In this document: positions 39,204 through 49,621 of the stretch, piece after piece | How positions within the stretch are numbered: the stretch's first letter is position 1 | How the letters are laid out: the number at the start of each line of letters is the position of its first letter | NCBI GenBank assembly: GCA_965206595.1 | Contig: OZ242214.1 | Span: 5,216,001-5,280,000 of the forward strand | Length of the DNA stretch: 64,000 nt | Direction: 5' to 3' | Source of the DNA: Candidatus Latescibacterota bacterium | GTDB taxonomy: Bacteria; Latescibacterota; UBA2968; UBA8231 | The notes under the pieces: model-generated | Database searches by the model: none | Seen by the model: only the letters and a program-made list of their open reading frames with translations | What the model was told of the DNA's origin: nothing | Made by a program: the position numbers and the translations under genes

Positions 39204-40778
39204 ATGAGACCACGTCGGGCGCTGCCGACACTGGTGCTGTTTTTTTCTGCCGCGCTCGCTGCGCAGGAGTACCCACCCGGCACCTTCGAGCTGACTCCAA
39301 CCTGGGACCTGGGGTTGCAGCCGAGCCCCCTTGTCGTGCCGGAGCGATTCGAAGTGGAGATTCCCGGCGACATCACCCTCAACATGCCACCCGGTTTCAG
39401 CGCCCAGGTGTTCGCCTCCACCGGACTGGTCGGCCCACGGTTCATGGCTTGGAGTCCCGACGGGGTGCTGCACGTCGCCAGCATGCGCCTGCGAAGCGAG
39501 GTGGTCGCCCTTCCGGACCGGGACGGCGACGGCGTCGCCGACGAGTGGTACGTCGCCGCCGGCGGTTTCCGCTGGCTGCACAGCATCGCCTTCTTCGCCG
39601 GCGATCTCTACGCGGCCGACACCCATGTGCTGGTCCGCCTGTCCGACCTCGACGGCGACGGGGTGTTCGAAGAGCGCGCCGAGTTGGCTCCGCTGCCGGA
39701 AGCCGACGGCGACCTGCATCCGACACGCACGGTGGTGATCGATGAGCTTCGCAGGAAGATCTACGTCAACGTCGGCTCCACCTGCGACCTGTGCCGGGAG
39801 GCGACACCGGAGCGGGCCGCGGTCCTCGAGTTCGACTTCGACGGCTCCAATCGCCGCGTCTTCGCCTCCGGCCTGCGCAACGCCACCGGACTGGCGCTGC
39901 ACCCCTCGACGAACGAGCTGTGGGGGGTCGTCAACGGTCACGACCGCGAGGGTTCCCGGTTGCCGCCCGAGCGTATCGACATCATCCGCGACGGCGGTTT
40001 TTATGGATGGCCGTTCGCCTACGCGTACCGTTCGTGGGTCGACTTTTCGGTGCTTCAGTACGCCCCGGTGCTTCCCATCACCCGGGATGACAGCCTGCTC
40101 GTCGCCTCGATTCCGCGTCCGGTGGCCCTCGCTCCGGCGCGCCTGGCGCCGATGGGCATTCACTTCTACACCGCCGACCGATTCCCCCCGGAGTACCGGA
40201 ACGCCGCCTTCATCGCCTTCCGCGCCGGCCACAAGGCCGCGGTTCCCGGGTGGAAGGTGATGGTGCTGTTCGTCGAGCCCGACGGCAGCGGCGCGGTGCT
40301 GGCCGACTTCATGACCGGACTCGGTCCGCTGGTCAGGGATGCCTCCGCGGTTCCCGGCGAGGGTGTGCGCGGCCAACCGGTAGGGGTCACCACCGACGCC
40401 GAGGGTGCTCTCTACGTCACCAGCGACTTCGTCAATCACATGGTGATACGCGTAACCTACGAAGCCCCTACCGCGGCCGAAGAGGCAGGGGAGGAGCCGG
40501 CCGACTTCGAGCTGGAGGCCAACTACCCGAACCCGTTCAACGCGAGCACGGCAATCCGCTACTCGTTGCGGGCGGTCGCGGATGTCGAGCTGGTTCTGTT
40601 CGACGTCACCGGCCGCCGTGTGGCAACCCTCGTCGACGGGGTGCAGCCGGCGGGCCGGCACACCGCCTATTGGGACGGCCGCATGAACAGCGGCGTCGAG
40701 GTCGCCAGCGGCATCTACATCTACCGCCTGCGGGTCGGAGAGCGGCAGCGGGCGCGCAAGCTGCTGCTGCTGCGCTGA
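39204..40778 (+). CDS. Secreted PQQ-dependent sugar/sorbosone dehydrogenase-like beta-propeller with FlgD/NYPNPFN C-terminal domain
   Basis: Signal peptide, GPRFMA, DRDGDG and DLDGDG loops, GSTCDLCRE, SGLRNA, YGWP; C-terminal NYPNPFNASTAIRY...WDGR...ASGIYIYRL. Confidence 0.85.
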   Translation: MRPRRALPTLVLFFSAALAAQEYPPGTFELTPTWDLGLQPSPLVVPERFEVEIPGDITLNMPPGFSAQVFASTGLVGPRFMAWSPDGVLHVASMRLRSEVVALPDRDGDGVADEWYVAAGGFRWLHSIAFFAGDLYAADTHVLVRLSDLDGDGVFEERAELAPLPEADGDLHPTRTVVIDELRRKIYVNVGSTCDLCREATPERAAVLEFDFDGSNRRVFASGLRNATGLALHPSTNELWGVVNGHDREGSRLPPERIDIIRDGGFYGWPFAYAYRSWVDFSVLQYAPVLPITRDDSLLVASIPRPVALAPARLAPMGIHFYTADRFPPEYRNAAFIAFRAGHKAAVPGWKVMVLFVEPDGSGAVLADFMTGLGPLVRDASAVPGEGVRGQPVGVTTDAEGALYVTSDFVNHMVIRVTYEAPTAAEEAGEEPADFELEANYPNPFNASTAIRYSLRAVADVELVLFDVTGRRVATLVDGVQPAGRHTAYWDGRMNSGVEVASGIYIYRLRVGERQRARKLLLLR

Positions 40779-40878
40779 GTTTCGCGTTCGTCGGGCGCCT
40801 TGTCGGCGAAAGGCCGGCCATGGCCTACCTTCTCCTGTTGCAGCCGCAGACTGCCGCCGCGAACAGAAAGGGCTTCCG

Positions 40879-41094
40879 ATGCCTATCCGCGAGTACCAGT
40901 GCCAGGAGTGCCAGCACCTGTTCGAGGTTGTCGAGCTTTCCGCAGCGACGGCAACGGTATGTGATTCCTGCGGCAGCGATCGGCTGGATCGCCAGCTGTC
41001 CTCCTTCGCCAGCCTCCCTGCGCGCTCCGCCCCGCAGACCCCTTGCGGCCCCTGCGGGTGCGCGCCCTCCGAGGCCTGCACCTGGGAAAACTGA
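40879..41094 (+). CDS. FmdB-family zinc-ribbon protein
   Basis: MPIREYQCQECQHLFE...CDSCGS...RQLSSF. Confidence 0.85.
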   Translation: MPIREYQCQECQHLFEVVELSAATATVCDSCGSDRLDRQLSSFASLPARSAPQTPCGPCGCAPSEACTWEN

Positions 41095-41129
41095 CCCCCG
41101 GCGTGGGCGAGTGACGGAGGGGCCAACTG

Positions 41130-42773
41130 ATGCGCGGCGGCGATCTCCTGATCGAGTGCCTGAAAGCACAGGGAGTCGGCTGCATCTTCGGCATGCCGGG
41201 GACGCAGAACATCCAGATTTACGACTCCCTGCTGCGCTGCGGCGGAGACCGGCTCGACCACCTGCTGGTGCGTCACGAGTACTCCGCCTCGGTGATGGCC
41301 GATGGCTACGCCCGCGCCACCGGCGACGTCGGGGTGGCGCTCACCGTGCCCGGCCCCGGCGCCAGCAACGCTTCCACGGGAATCCTCCAAGCCTGCACCG
41401 ACTCCGTTCCGGTGCTGCTGATAACCGGACAGCACGAGTCGAAGCATTATTCCCGCGATCCAAGCAAGCATTTCCACGGCCTCGATCAGCTCTCCTTCTT
41501 CGCTCCGATAACCAAGTACCGCGCCAGCGTCCGCTCCGTCGAGGATATCCCCGTCCACGTCGAGAAGGCGTTCGCCGCCATGCGCGCGCCGCGGCCGGGC
41601 CCGGTACTGCTGGAGTTTCCCCAGGATGTGATCACCGCGGAAGGAAACGCCGCAGTTTCCCCTCGCGTCGAACATCAGGCCGCCCCGGCTCCGGACGAGT
41701 CCCTCATACAGGCGGCAGCCGCCAGGCTGCGCGCGGCGCGGCGTCCGCTGCTGCTGGCCGGCGGGGCCGTCATTGCGAGCGGCGCCCGTGCCGAACTGCG
41801 GCAGCTGGCGGAAAAGATCCATGCCCCGGTCGCTACCACGCGGCGCGGCAAGGGGGCCCTGCCCGAAGATCACGAGCTGGCCCTGTGCGATCTTAACGGC
41901 TACCGCGGCCAGCAGGCCCTGGCCGCGGCCGACTGCACGGTGGCGGTCGGCTGCCGCTTTACCTCGATCGACACCAACAACTGGACCCGCGAGTTCCCGC
42001 GGCCCCTGCTGCAGCTCGACCCCGAGGAGAGCGAGATCGGCCGCGAATACGAGTGCGACATCGGCGTCCCCGGCGATCTGCGGGAGAGCCTGCGGGGACT
42101 GACGGAAACCGCCGGCTCTCCCACCTGCCAGTGGAGCGGCCTGCTCGAGGAATTGCAGGTGCGGTTTGCGGCGCAGCCGGCGCTGCCGTTGCTGCCCGAG
42201 ATACGCGCTGTGCTTCCGGAGGAGGGCATCCTCTCCGTCGACGTGCACGGCATCGGTTACTCGGTCTTCTCCGAGTACGCGATCACCGACCCGAAGACCT
42301 TCATCTACCCCTGCATCGGAGTATCCCTCGGACACGCCTTCCCCGCGGCCCTCGGCGCCAAGGTCGCCCATCCCGAGCGGCCCGTGGTCTGTTTCAGCGG
42401 CGACGGCGGTTTCCTGATGGGAAGCTTCGAGCTGGCCACCGCGGTCCGTTACGGGATCAGCGTGGTAGCGGTGGTCGTCAACGACGGCGCCCTGACGGCG
42501 ATCAAGGGCTCTCAGCAGCGGGACTGCGAGGGCCGCACCATCGACACCGAGCTCACCAACCCGGACTTCGTCGCTTTTGCGCGCTCGTTCGGCGCCCATG
42601 CCGAGCGCGTCGAAGATTTCTCCGGATTTCGCCCCGCCTTCGAAAGGGCGCTGGCAGCGGAGCGCCCGGCGGTGATCGAGGTCCTCATGCAGGACCGCCA
42701 CCAGGAGATCATCAGTTGGATCACCTGGCTGCGGGAGTATCCGTTGAGAGGGCAGGGGTCTTCGCAATGCTGA
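41130..42773 (+). CDS. Thiamine pyrophosphate-binding enzyme (acetolactate synthase-like)
   Basis: IFGMPG, VRHE, ADGYAR, PGPG, TPP motif GDGGF...VVVND. Confidence 0.9.
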   Translation: MRGGDLLIECLKAQGVGCIFGMPGTQNIQIYDSLLRCGGDRLDHLLVRHEYSASVMADGYARATGDVGVALTVPGPGASNASTGILQACTDSVPVLLITGQHESKHYSRDPSKHFHGLDQLSFFAPITKYRASVRSVEDIPVHVEKAFAAMRAPRPGPVLLEFPQDVITAEGNAAVSPRVEHQAAPAPDESLIQAAAARLRAARRPLLLAGGAVIASGARAELRQLAEKIHAPVATTRRGKGALPEDHELALCDLNGYRGQQALAAADCTVAVGCRFTSIDTNNWTREFPRPLLQLDPEESEIGREYECDIGVPGDLRESLRGLTETAGSPTCQWSGLLEELQVRFAAQPALPLLPEIRAVLPEEGILSVDVHGIGYSVFSEYAITDPKTFIYPCIGVSLGHAFPAALGAKVAHPERPVVCFSGDGGFLMGSFELATAVRYGISVVAVVVNDGALTAIKGSQQRDCEGRTIDTELTNPDFVAFARSFGAHAERVEDFSGFRPAFERALAAERPAVIEVLMQDRHQEIISWITWLREYPLRGQGSSQC

Positions 42774-44449
42774 AGTTGATCTCGTTTTTCCTCGACGACC
42801 CCCAGGGCCGCCGCAACTTTTCGCGCCTGATGCGCCTGTTGTCGGTGTTCGCCGCGCTGGTGGCCCTCTTCAGCGTCCTCTTCCACGTCCTGATGCTGCA
42901 CGAGGGCCGCACCTACAGCTGGTTCACTGGGTTGTACTGGACGCTGACTGTGATGTCGACCCTCGGGTTCGGCGACATCACCTTCCACACCGATCTCGGA
43001 CGCGCCTTCAGCATGGTGGTGCTGCTGAGCGGCACCCTGTTCATGCTGATGCTGCTGCCCATCACCTTCCTGCAGTTTTTCTGGATGCCATGGGTGCAGG
43101 CGCAGACCGCGGCGCGGAGACCGCGGGAGCTCGACTCCGGCATCCGCGACCACGTCGTGCTCACGCAGCACGATCCGGTTTCCATGGCCCTGATCGAGCG
43201 GCTGACCCAGTTCAACTACTCATACGTGCTTATGGAATCGGACGGTGCCGAAGCGATGCGTTTCTCCGACGAGGGCCTGAAAGTCATCGTCGGAAATCTC
43301 GACGATCCCGACTCCTACCGCCGCGCACGCGTCTCGGAAGCGGCGCTCGTGGTCTCCGCCTGCAGCGACGAGGTCAACGCCCAGGTCGCCTCGACGGTGC
43401 GCGGGATTTCCGAAGAGATCCCGATTATCGGCACCGCCGATGCTCCGGCCTCGGTCGACATCCTGCAGCTCGCCGGATGCACTCACGTGCTGCAGCTGGC
43501 CGACATGCTGGGGGAATCGCTGGCGCGGCGCATTACCGCGGGGGATGCGATGGCGCACGTGATCGGCGAGTTCGAGGAGTTGATGATCGCCGAGGCCACG
43601 GTCACTCGCACCCCATTGGTGGGCAAGACCCTGGCGGAGGCGGACCTGCGCCGGAACGTCGGAATCACCGTCGTCGGCGTGTGGGAACGGGGCGAGTTCC
43701 AGCCAGCGCGGCCGGAAGCCCCGATCGCCGAGAACACGGTGCTTGTCCTGGCGGCGAACCGGCAGCAGCTGTACCGCTACGACAGCCTTTTTGCGATCTA
43801 TAACCAGAACCCCGATCCGGTGATCATCATCGGCTCGGGCCGCGTCGGCCGCGCCACGGCGAGGGCCCTGGCCGAGCGCAAGGTCGACTACCGTATCGTC
43901 GAGCGCGACCCCAATGCGGTCGACGTCGATGAAAAAACCGTGGTCGGGTCGGCTGCCGAACTGGAGGTTCTGAAGAAGGCCGGAATCGACAAGGCTCCGG
44001 CGGTGGTGCTGACCACCCGGGATGATGAGACCAACGTCTACCTCGCCATCTACTGCCGGCAGCTGAGGCCGGACATGCAGATAATCGCCAGGGCGAACAT
44101 CGAGCGCAGCGTGCCGACCTTGCACCGGGCCGGAACCGATTTCGTGATGTCCTACCCCTCGATGGGCGCCCGGGAGATCGCCAACCTCCTCAAACGCAGC
44201 AGCACGTTGATGATCGCCGAGGGACTGGAGGTGGTGCGCATCCCGGTGCCGGCAAGTCTTGCGGGCAAGAGCATAGCCGCATCCGAGATCCGCCCGCGCA
44301 CCGGCTGCTCCGTCGTCGCGACCAGCCTCAACGGATCGACCAGCGTAAACCCCGATCCCGGACAGCGGTTGCCTGCAGGTGGAGAGATGATCCTGATCGC
44401 GACCGCCGAAGGGGAGCGCAAATTCCTCAGGGAATTCCGGGGGGCCTGA
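42767..44449 (+). CDS. Potassium channel protein with TrkA-N/TrkA-C (RCK) domains
   Basis: YWTLTVMSTLGFGDI pore signature; two RCK modules (IIGSGRVG); ATG 42767. Confidence 0.9.
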   Translation: MLKLISFFLDDPQGRRNFSRLMRLLSVFAALVALFSVLFHVLMLHEGRTYSWFTGLYWTLTVMSTLGFGDITFHTDLGRAFSMVVLLSGTLFMLMLLPITFLQFFWMPWVQAQTAARRPRELDSGIRDHVVLTQHDPVSMALIERLTQFNYSYVLMESDGAEAMRFSDEGLKVIVGNLDDPDSYRRARVSEAALVVSACSDEVNAQVASTVRGISEEIPIIGTADAPASVDILQLAGCTHVLQLADMLGESLARRITAGDAMAHVIGEFEELMIAEATVTRTPLVGKTLAEADLRRNVGITVVGVWERGEFQPARPEAPIAENTVLVLAANRQQLYRYDSLFAIYNQNPDPVIIIGSGRVGRATARALAERKVDYRIVERDPNAVDVDEKTVVGSAAELEVLKKAGIDKAPAVVLTTRDDETNVYLAIYCRQLRPDMQIIARANIERSVPTLHRAGTDFVMSYPSMGAREIANLLKRSSTLMIAEGLEVVRIPVPASLAGKSIAASEIRPRTGCSVVATSLNGSTSVNPDPGQRLPAGGEMILIATAEGERKFLREFRGA

Positions 44450-44489
44450 CAGTCAGGCTCGCCGCCGGACGCCCCGCACCCGGGGTCAG

Positions 44490-45539
44490 CTATTCGGCGG
44501 GGACCGCATCCAGCTCGCGCAGCACCGCGCGCGCGATTTCGACCTGGGGCGGATTTAGGTTGTTGCGAACCACCCGCTGCAGGGCGACCCGCCCCCACTC
44601 GTCTCCCTTCCTGGCGAGGTCGACCGCTTCCTCGAAACCACGTTCGGAATAGCTGAAGTCGCGCGGCCGGGTATCGAGGTCGAGCGTTTCCCAGTAGTAA
44701 CGCAGACCTTGGGAGCCGCTCCAGTCCGCGTAGACTTCCTCCCACGTAAGGCCGCTGAGCCGCTGCAGGTGGGGCTGCAGCATGTGTTCGGCGATGAGGT
44801 CCGAAGCCGCCTGGTAGCGGTTGTCGAGCGACACCCGCAGCCGGTCGGCGGTGAGGTTGGGCAGCGCCTTGTGAACCATCAGGGCGTTGAAGACCAGGGT
44901 GTCCCCGATTTCGAAGTCGGTGCTGTACCACTCACCTTCGAGTTCCCCGGGTTCGATTTTCAGGCCCCCGGCGCCGAGTGAGAAGTGGTGGTCGAGGAGG
45001 TGCTCGATCTGGCGCGACCGGGGCAGGATCGCCAGCGGCCCCAGCGCGATCGGACAGTCGCCGACCGGCGCCCAGCAGGTGTAGGTGTCGAAGTTGCCCT
45101 GGAAGTGAACGAAGTCCTGGTGCATGGGGGTGGTGTGGTCGGTGAACTTCGGGAACCAGAGGCGGGCGATCTTCTGGGGATGCGGCAACACCGGCTGACC
45201 GATGATCTTGCCCATCAGCTCGAGAACTTCGGGCCAGTGACCGGAGCGATGGAAGGATTCGAGCTTGTAGACTGCGGAGTACACCTCGGTGTACTCGGGG
45301 TCCCCTTCGGTGCAGGCCCTGGACGGGTCGGCAATGCCGTCGGCAGGGTCGGTACCGGGGACCAGCCAGCCGGCCCCGGCAATCACGGAGAGCATGTCGC
45401 GGCGCAGGGCGAGCAGGCGGTTGGCGTCCTGCAGGCCGCGAAAGAACAGGTAGCCCTCCTCGGCGATACGGCGACGCAGTTCCGGCCCGTCGCCGAGGGC
45501 GTCGTTCGAGACCCTGAATTCCTTCAGTGTTTCATTCAT
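44490..45539 (-). CDS. PhyH family Fe(II)/2OG dioxygenase
   Basis: EGYLFFRG, TPMHQD, TCWAPVGD, VHKALPN, RVSLDNRYQ. Confidence 0.9.
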   Translation of the reverse strand: MNETLKEFRVSNDALGDGPELRRRIAEEGYLFFRGLQDANRLLALRRDMLSVIAGAGWLVPGTDPADGIADPSRACTEGDPEYTEVYSAVYKLESFHRSGHWPEVLELMGKIIGQPVLPHPQKIARLWFPKFTDHTTPMHQDFVHFQGNFDTYTCWAPVGDCPIALGPLAILPRSRQIEHLLDHHFSLGAGGLKIEPGELEGEWYSTDFEIGDTLVFNALMVHKALPNLTADRLRVSLDNRYQAASDLIAEHMLQPHLQRLSGLTWEEVYADWSGSQGLRYYWETLDLDTRPRDFSYSERGFEEAVDLARKGDEWGRVALQRVVRNNLNPPQVEIARAVLRELDAVPAE

Positions 45540-47398
45540 CTGACTTCACCTTCTGCCGGTCGGCGAACGCACCGCTCCCCTCCTGGCGCGATCAGGGCCG
45601 GTCCCCAGGGAAAGGCGAACGTCGGCGGGTGCGCGTAGCGACGCTGCCGGAGGCGCAACCGCCCGCCGCATCCGGGCGCCAGGCGTACGACGAAGGCGGA
45701 CCTTCGCTGCGAATCGAATCCCCCCTGCAGCTCGAAAGTCTTGCCGTTCAGGGAAACGAGCTCGCTGTGGTGCTCGGCGTAGGCGCCTCCCTGGACGACG
45801 ACGGTGCGCTCGTGCACCGGGCTGAGATTGGCCAGCGACACGTCGACGTTCTCCGCGTCCATGCGCTCCACGAGGGCGCCGACGTCCCGCGGCAACCCGG
45901 CGCGCCGGCGGTCGGCGTCGAAGTAGCGCAGGCGGCAGTGCAGAGAGTGGCCGTCCCGTCCCGTCGGCAGACCGCCGAGCATGAGGCGGGTCAGGTTCTC
46001 GGTGACCGCCGGATTCAGGCCGTTCATGTCGTCCGAAAGGCGGGTGTCTGGGGTGGTCCTGTCGGCGCGCATCTCCGCCACCCGGCGGCGCAGCAGCTCG
46101 AGGTCGGATTCGAGCGCTTTTTCGGGAAACGAACCGCCTCCTCCGCGCACGAACGCCACCCAGTCGTCGCCGACGCGTTCGGCATCCTGCGCGTCCTGCG
46201 ACCAGAACCAGGTCTGCAGGGCGCCTGCGTCGAAAGGTGTCGGCTGATGGGCGTACCAACCCTCGTCACCGTGCATGCGCGGGTACATGGTGCGGCCATC
46301 GATCTCGGCGGCGTTGTCGTTGACGCGGTCGATGACCCCTCTCCAGAGATCGACGTACGATTGCTTCCCCGTCATCAGCAGGGCGTTGGCGAACCCGTAG
46401 AAGGCGCGGCTGTAGGCGCAGCAGCGGTGCGCCGGCTCCCCGGTCTGCGGGACGGTGACGGTGAATCCCCAGCCGTAGCAGCCGCCCCACCACCTGCCGC
46501 CGCACTCGCCGCCGATACTGCCGTCGAGACCGATGTTGCTCGGAATGATGCCGTCGTTTTCGTCGGTGCGTTCGACCCAGGCGTCGACGTACTCCAGCAG
46601 CCAGTCGCGGTAGCGCTCGCCGTCTCCGAGAGCGAAGGCGGTCAGGGCGAGTTGGGTCGCCCCGAGGTTGTTCGGGTGGTCGCCGGCGACGTCGGTGTAC
46701 TCCTCGAAATGCGCCAGCATTTCCGCGTAGCTGCGCTCGTTGTGCAGGAGCCCAAAACGCCCCTCCACCTCGATCGGGTCACCTGCCCAGTCGAGGGCCG
46801 TGGCCTTGCGCGGCATCGGCCCCCGGCTGCCGTTCATGAGCGAGCGGATCAGGCGGTGCCGCGGGTCGTAGTTGGGAGCCTGCGGGTCCTCGTCCATGTA
46901 GAAGCCGGCGAAGCGCCTGGCGCGCTGCAGGTAGCGCCGGTCGTACGGGTCGCTCAGTCCGTAATGGAAGAAGGCGCTGAACCCCTCGCCGTGGTGGAAC
47001 CAGTCGAGGCTGACGGGAAACTCCCTGTAGTACATACCGTCCCTTGCGAACGGCACCTCGACGGTTTTGGCTTCGGTGTACTGGCGCAGGTGGCCCTCGA
47101 AGCCGCGGCGGAACAGGTCGAGGATGTCGTCCTCCGCGCCAAGGGCGTGCAGCACGGTCCAGTTCAGCTGGTTTTCCGCGGCGTCGTCGGGGCCGTCGTC
47201 TCCCCCCCAGCGCGGTACGCACAGCAGGTAGCCCCGCTCGTCGAAGTAGCGCTCGTAGAACTCGCGGCAGGCCTCGGCCTGGGCGTCGAGAAGCTGGCGC
47301 TGGAGCAGCGCCCACCGCGGCGGGTGCATCGGCGTGTCGAGTGTCAGGTTCGGCGCATGCGGTTCGTGTCCGCCTGGGGAACAACCATGGTTTTTCAT
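45536..47398 (-). CDS. Hypothetical protein (~620 aa), possibly an alpha/alpha-barrel hydrolase or lyase
   Basis: Long ORF with biased codon usage; WGGDDGPDDAAEN, DWFHHGEG, GDHPNNL, LRYFD...GLPRDVGALV; ATGA-coupled to PhyH gene. Confidence 0.7.
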   Translation of the reverse strand: MKNHGCSPGGHEPHAPNLTLDTPMHPPRWALLQRQLLDAQAEACREFYERYFDERGYLLCVPRWGGDDGPDDAAENQLNWTVLHALGAEDDILDLFRRGFEGHLRQYTEAKTVEVPFARDGMYYREFPVSLDWFHHGEGFSAFFHYGLSDPYDRRYLQRARRFAGFYMDEDPQAPNYDPRHRLIRSLMNGSRGPMPRKATALDWAGDPIEVEGRFGLLHNERSYAEMLAHFEEYTDVAGDHPNNLGATQLALTAFALGDGERYRDWLLEYVDAWVERTDENDGIIPSNIGLDGSIGGECGGRWWGGCYGWGFTVTVPQTGEPAHRCCAYSRAFYGFANALLMTGKQSYVDLWRGVIDRVNDNAAEIDGRTMYPRMHGDEGWYAHQPTPFDAGALQTWFWSQDAQDAERVGDDWVAFVRGGGGSFPEKALESDLELLRRRVAEMRADRTTPDTRLSDDMNGLNPAVTENLTRLMLGGLPTGRDGHSLHCRLRYFDADRRRAGLPRDVGALVERMDAENVDVSLANLSPVHERTVVVQGGAYAEHHSELVSLNGKTFELQGGFDSQRRSAFVVRLAPGCGGRLRLRQRRYAHPPTFAFPWGPALIAPGGERCVRRPAEGEVR

Positions 47399-47524
47399 AT
47401 CGGAAAGGGTACGCATAGGGCCGCGACTTGAGTAGCCGTACCCCAGCGGTCACAGCACCCGGTCAGGTCAGGCGCACCTCCCGGCTTTTCCAGGTTCCAG
47501 CCAATGCGGATCTTCGGTTGCGAG

Positions 47525-49066
47525 ATGCTCTTTGCCGAGATAGTCCGAACCTCCCGGTCCGTAGGAGGCAGCCGCGCGCGGCTGCAGAAAATCGCCCGTG
47601 TCGCCGAGTGCATGCGGGGCCTCGGCCCGGCAGAGCGCGAGGCCGGCGTCGCTTTCCTTACCGGCGAGCTGCGCCAGGGCCGCATCGGGCTCGGGTACGC
47701 CGCCGTCGCCGATTCCATGCCGGGAAGCGCCGCGCCGTCGCCGAGGCTGGCGGTCGCCGCCGTCGACCTCGCATTTGCGGAGATCGCTTCGATGGGCGGC
47801 CCCGGTTCGGCCAAGGCAAAACTTCAGAGACTGGGCCAGCTGCTGTCCCAAGCGACGGTGGAGGAGCAGGAGTTCCTGGCGCGTCTGGTGTTCGGGGAGC
47901 TGCGACAGGGGGCGCAGGAGGGGATCGTCGTCGAGGCGGTCGCCAGGGCGGCGAGCCTCCCCGCGGCATCGGTCCGGCGAGCGGTGATGCTGTCGGGAGA
48001 CCTGCGCCAGGTCGCCGTCGCCGCCCTCACCGGAGGGGAGGGAACCCTCGCCCAATTCCGCCTGCAGCTGCTATCGCCCGTCCAGCCGATGCTGGCCCAG
48101 ACCGCCCAGGACCTGGAAGAAGTGTTCGCCCGCCATGAGCGCGTCGGCCTCGAATACAAGCTCGACGGTGCGCGCGTGCAGGTGCACCGGCTAGGCGACG
48201 ACGTCCGCGTGTTCACGCGCAAGCTGAACGACGTCACCGCCGCGGTTCCCGAAGTCGTCGAAGCGGTGCGAGCGCTCCCGGGTACGCGCCTGATTCTCGA
48301 CGGCGAAGCGATCGTCCTGACCGGCCAGGGCCGGCCGGCCCCGTTTCAAATCACGATGCGCCGCTTCGGACGCCGGCTCAAGGTCGAAGAGATGAAAGCC
48401 GAACTGCCGCTTTCCTCGTTTTTCTTCGACTGCCTGCACCTCGACGGCCAAGACCTCATCGATCTCCCGGGCCGGGAACGCGCCCAGGCGATGAGCGGCC
48501 TGGTGCCGGAGGCCGGACGGGTACCTGTCCTCGTCACCGCGTCGCCCGGGGACGCCCGCCGGTTCATCGACGGCGCCCTGCAGGCCGGGCACGAAGGGGT
48601 GATGGCCAAGGATCCGGAGGCACCCTACGAAGCCGGACGCCGCGGGGCCGGCTGGATGAAGCTGAAACCGTCGCACACCCTCGACCTGGTGGTCCTGGCC
48701 GTCGAGTGGGGCAGCGGCAGACGCCGCGGCTGGCTTTCAAACCTCCACCTCGGGGCCCGCGACGAGGCCGGAGGATTCGCCATGCTCGGCAAGACGTTCA
48801 AGGGAATGACCGACGAGATGCTGCGCTGGCAGACCGCAAAGCTGCAGGAGCTGAAGGTGGCCGAAGAGGGTCACGTCGTGCACGTGCGGCCCGAGCTCGT
48901 GGTCGAAGTCGCGTTCGACGGAGTGCAGGCGAGCCCCCAGTATTCCGAGGGGATGGCGCTCCGCTTCGCCCGCATCAAGCGGTACCGTCCAGACAAACGT
49001 GCCGCCCAGGCCGACACGGTCGCCGCGGTGCGTGAGATCTTCTCCAAATGGCGGGAAAGCGGTTAA
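47525..49066 (+). CDS. ATP-dependent DNA ligase (LigB-like)
   Basis: PMLAQ, motif I EYKLDGAR, LDGE, FFFD, EGVMAK, YEAGRRG, WMKLK, LRFARIKRYRPDK. Confidence 0.93.
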   Translation: MLFAEIVRTSRSVGGSRARLQKIARVAECMRGLGPAEREAGVAFLTGELRQGRIGLGYAAVADSMPGSAAPSPRLAVAAVDLAFAEIASMGGPGSAKAKLQRLGQLLSQATVEEQEFLARLVFGELRQGAQEGIVVEAVARAASLPAASVRRAVMLSGDLRQVAVAALTGGEGTLAQFRLQLLSPVQPMLAQTAQDLEEVFARHERVGLEYKLDGARVQVHRLGDDVRVFTRKLNDVTAAVPEVVEAVRALPGTRLILDGEAIVLTGQGRPAPFQITMRRFGRRLKVEEMKAELPLSSFFFDCLHLDGQDLIDLPGRERAQAMSGLVPEAGRVPVLVTASPGDARRFIDGALQAGHEGVMAKDPEAPYEAGRRGAGWMKLKPSHTLDLVVLAVEWGSGRRRGWLSNLHLGARDEAGGFAMLGKTFKGMTDEMLRWQTAKLQELKVAEEGHVVHVRPELVVEVAFDGVQASPQYSEGMALRFARIKRYRPDKRAAQADTVAAVREIFSKWRESG

Positions 49067-49123
49067 ACGCCCGCTTTGGCCAAGCTGTCTCAATGGGGAC
49101 ACCCGTTTCAGGAGGGTAAATCC

Positions 49124-49534
49124 ATGGGAATGAAAAGGATCGCAACCCTGATCGCCGCGCTGATGCTCATTGTCGCGGTGACGAGCTACGCGCAGCGGTT
49201 CGGCGGCGGTGGCGGACGCGGACGTGCAGGTGGCGGCGGCATGCTGCCGCTCGAGAGCGACTGGGCCCTGATCAGCTTCGAGCTCGACGTCTCTCCAGTC
49301 ACCCTCGGCAAGCTGCGAACGGTGTACCAAAAGGCCTGGGATCAACGTAGCGACCTGTTCGCCCGCATGGGCAACCAGGAGGTCGATCGCGCCCGGTTCC
49401 CGGAGCTTATGGGGAATATCCAGTCCGAACTCGACGGCGCCCGCAACGAGACACTGTCGAAAGCACAGGTCGCCCGTCTCGTCGAGCTGCGCTCGAGGCG
49501 CCGTGACATCGGCGGAGGATTCGGCCGGCGGTAG
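49124..49534 (+). CDS. Secreted helical hypothetical protein
   Basis: AGGAGG RBS, signal peptide MKRIATLIAALMLIVAVTSYA, Gly/Arg-rich linker, LSKAQVARL end reminiscent of Spy/CpxP-like proteins. Confidence 0.65.
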   Translation: MGMKRIATLIAALMLIVAVTSYAQRFGGGGGRGRAGGGGMLPLESDWALISFELDVSPVTLGKLRTVYQKAWDQRSDLFARMGNQEVDRARFPELMGNIQSELDGARNETLSKAQVARLVELRSRRRDIGGGFGRR

Positions 49535-49621
49535 ACGCCTAGACGTGAATCCCATTCCTTACCCCGAAGAGAGGTTCCCAGACGAACCCGGTTACGGCCC
49601 GCAAACGAAAGCGAACGAGAA

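Noticed and set aside
38964-42767. 1267-aa ORF on the minus strand
   Set aside because: Antisense shadow of well-supported + strand genes; no motifs; typical of high-GC DNA.
45527-47431. 634-aa + strand ORF (similarly 59053..61101 on - strand)
   Set aside because: Antisense to genes with better motif, codon and coupling support.
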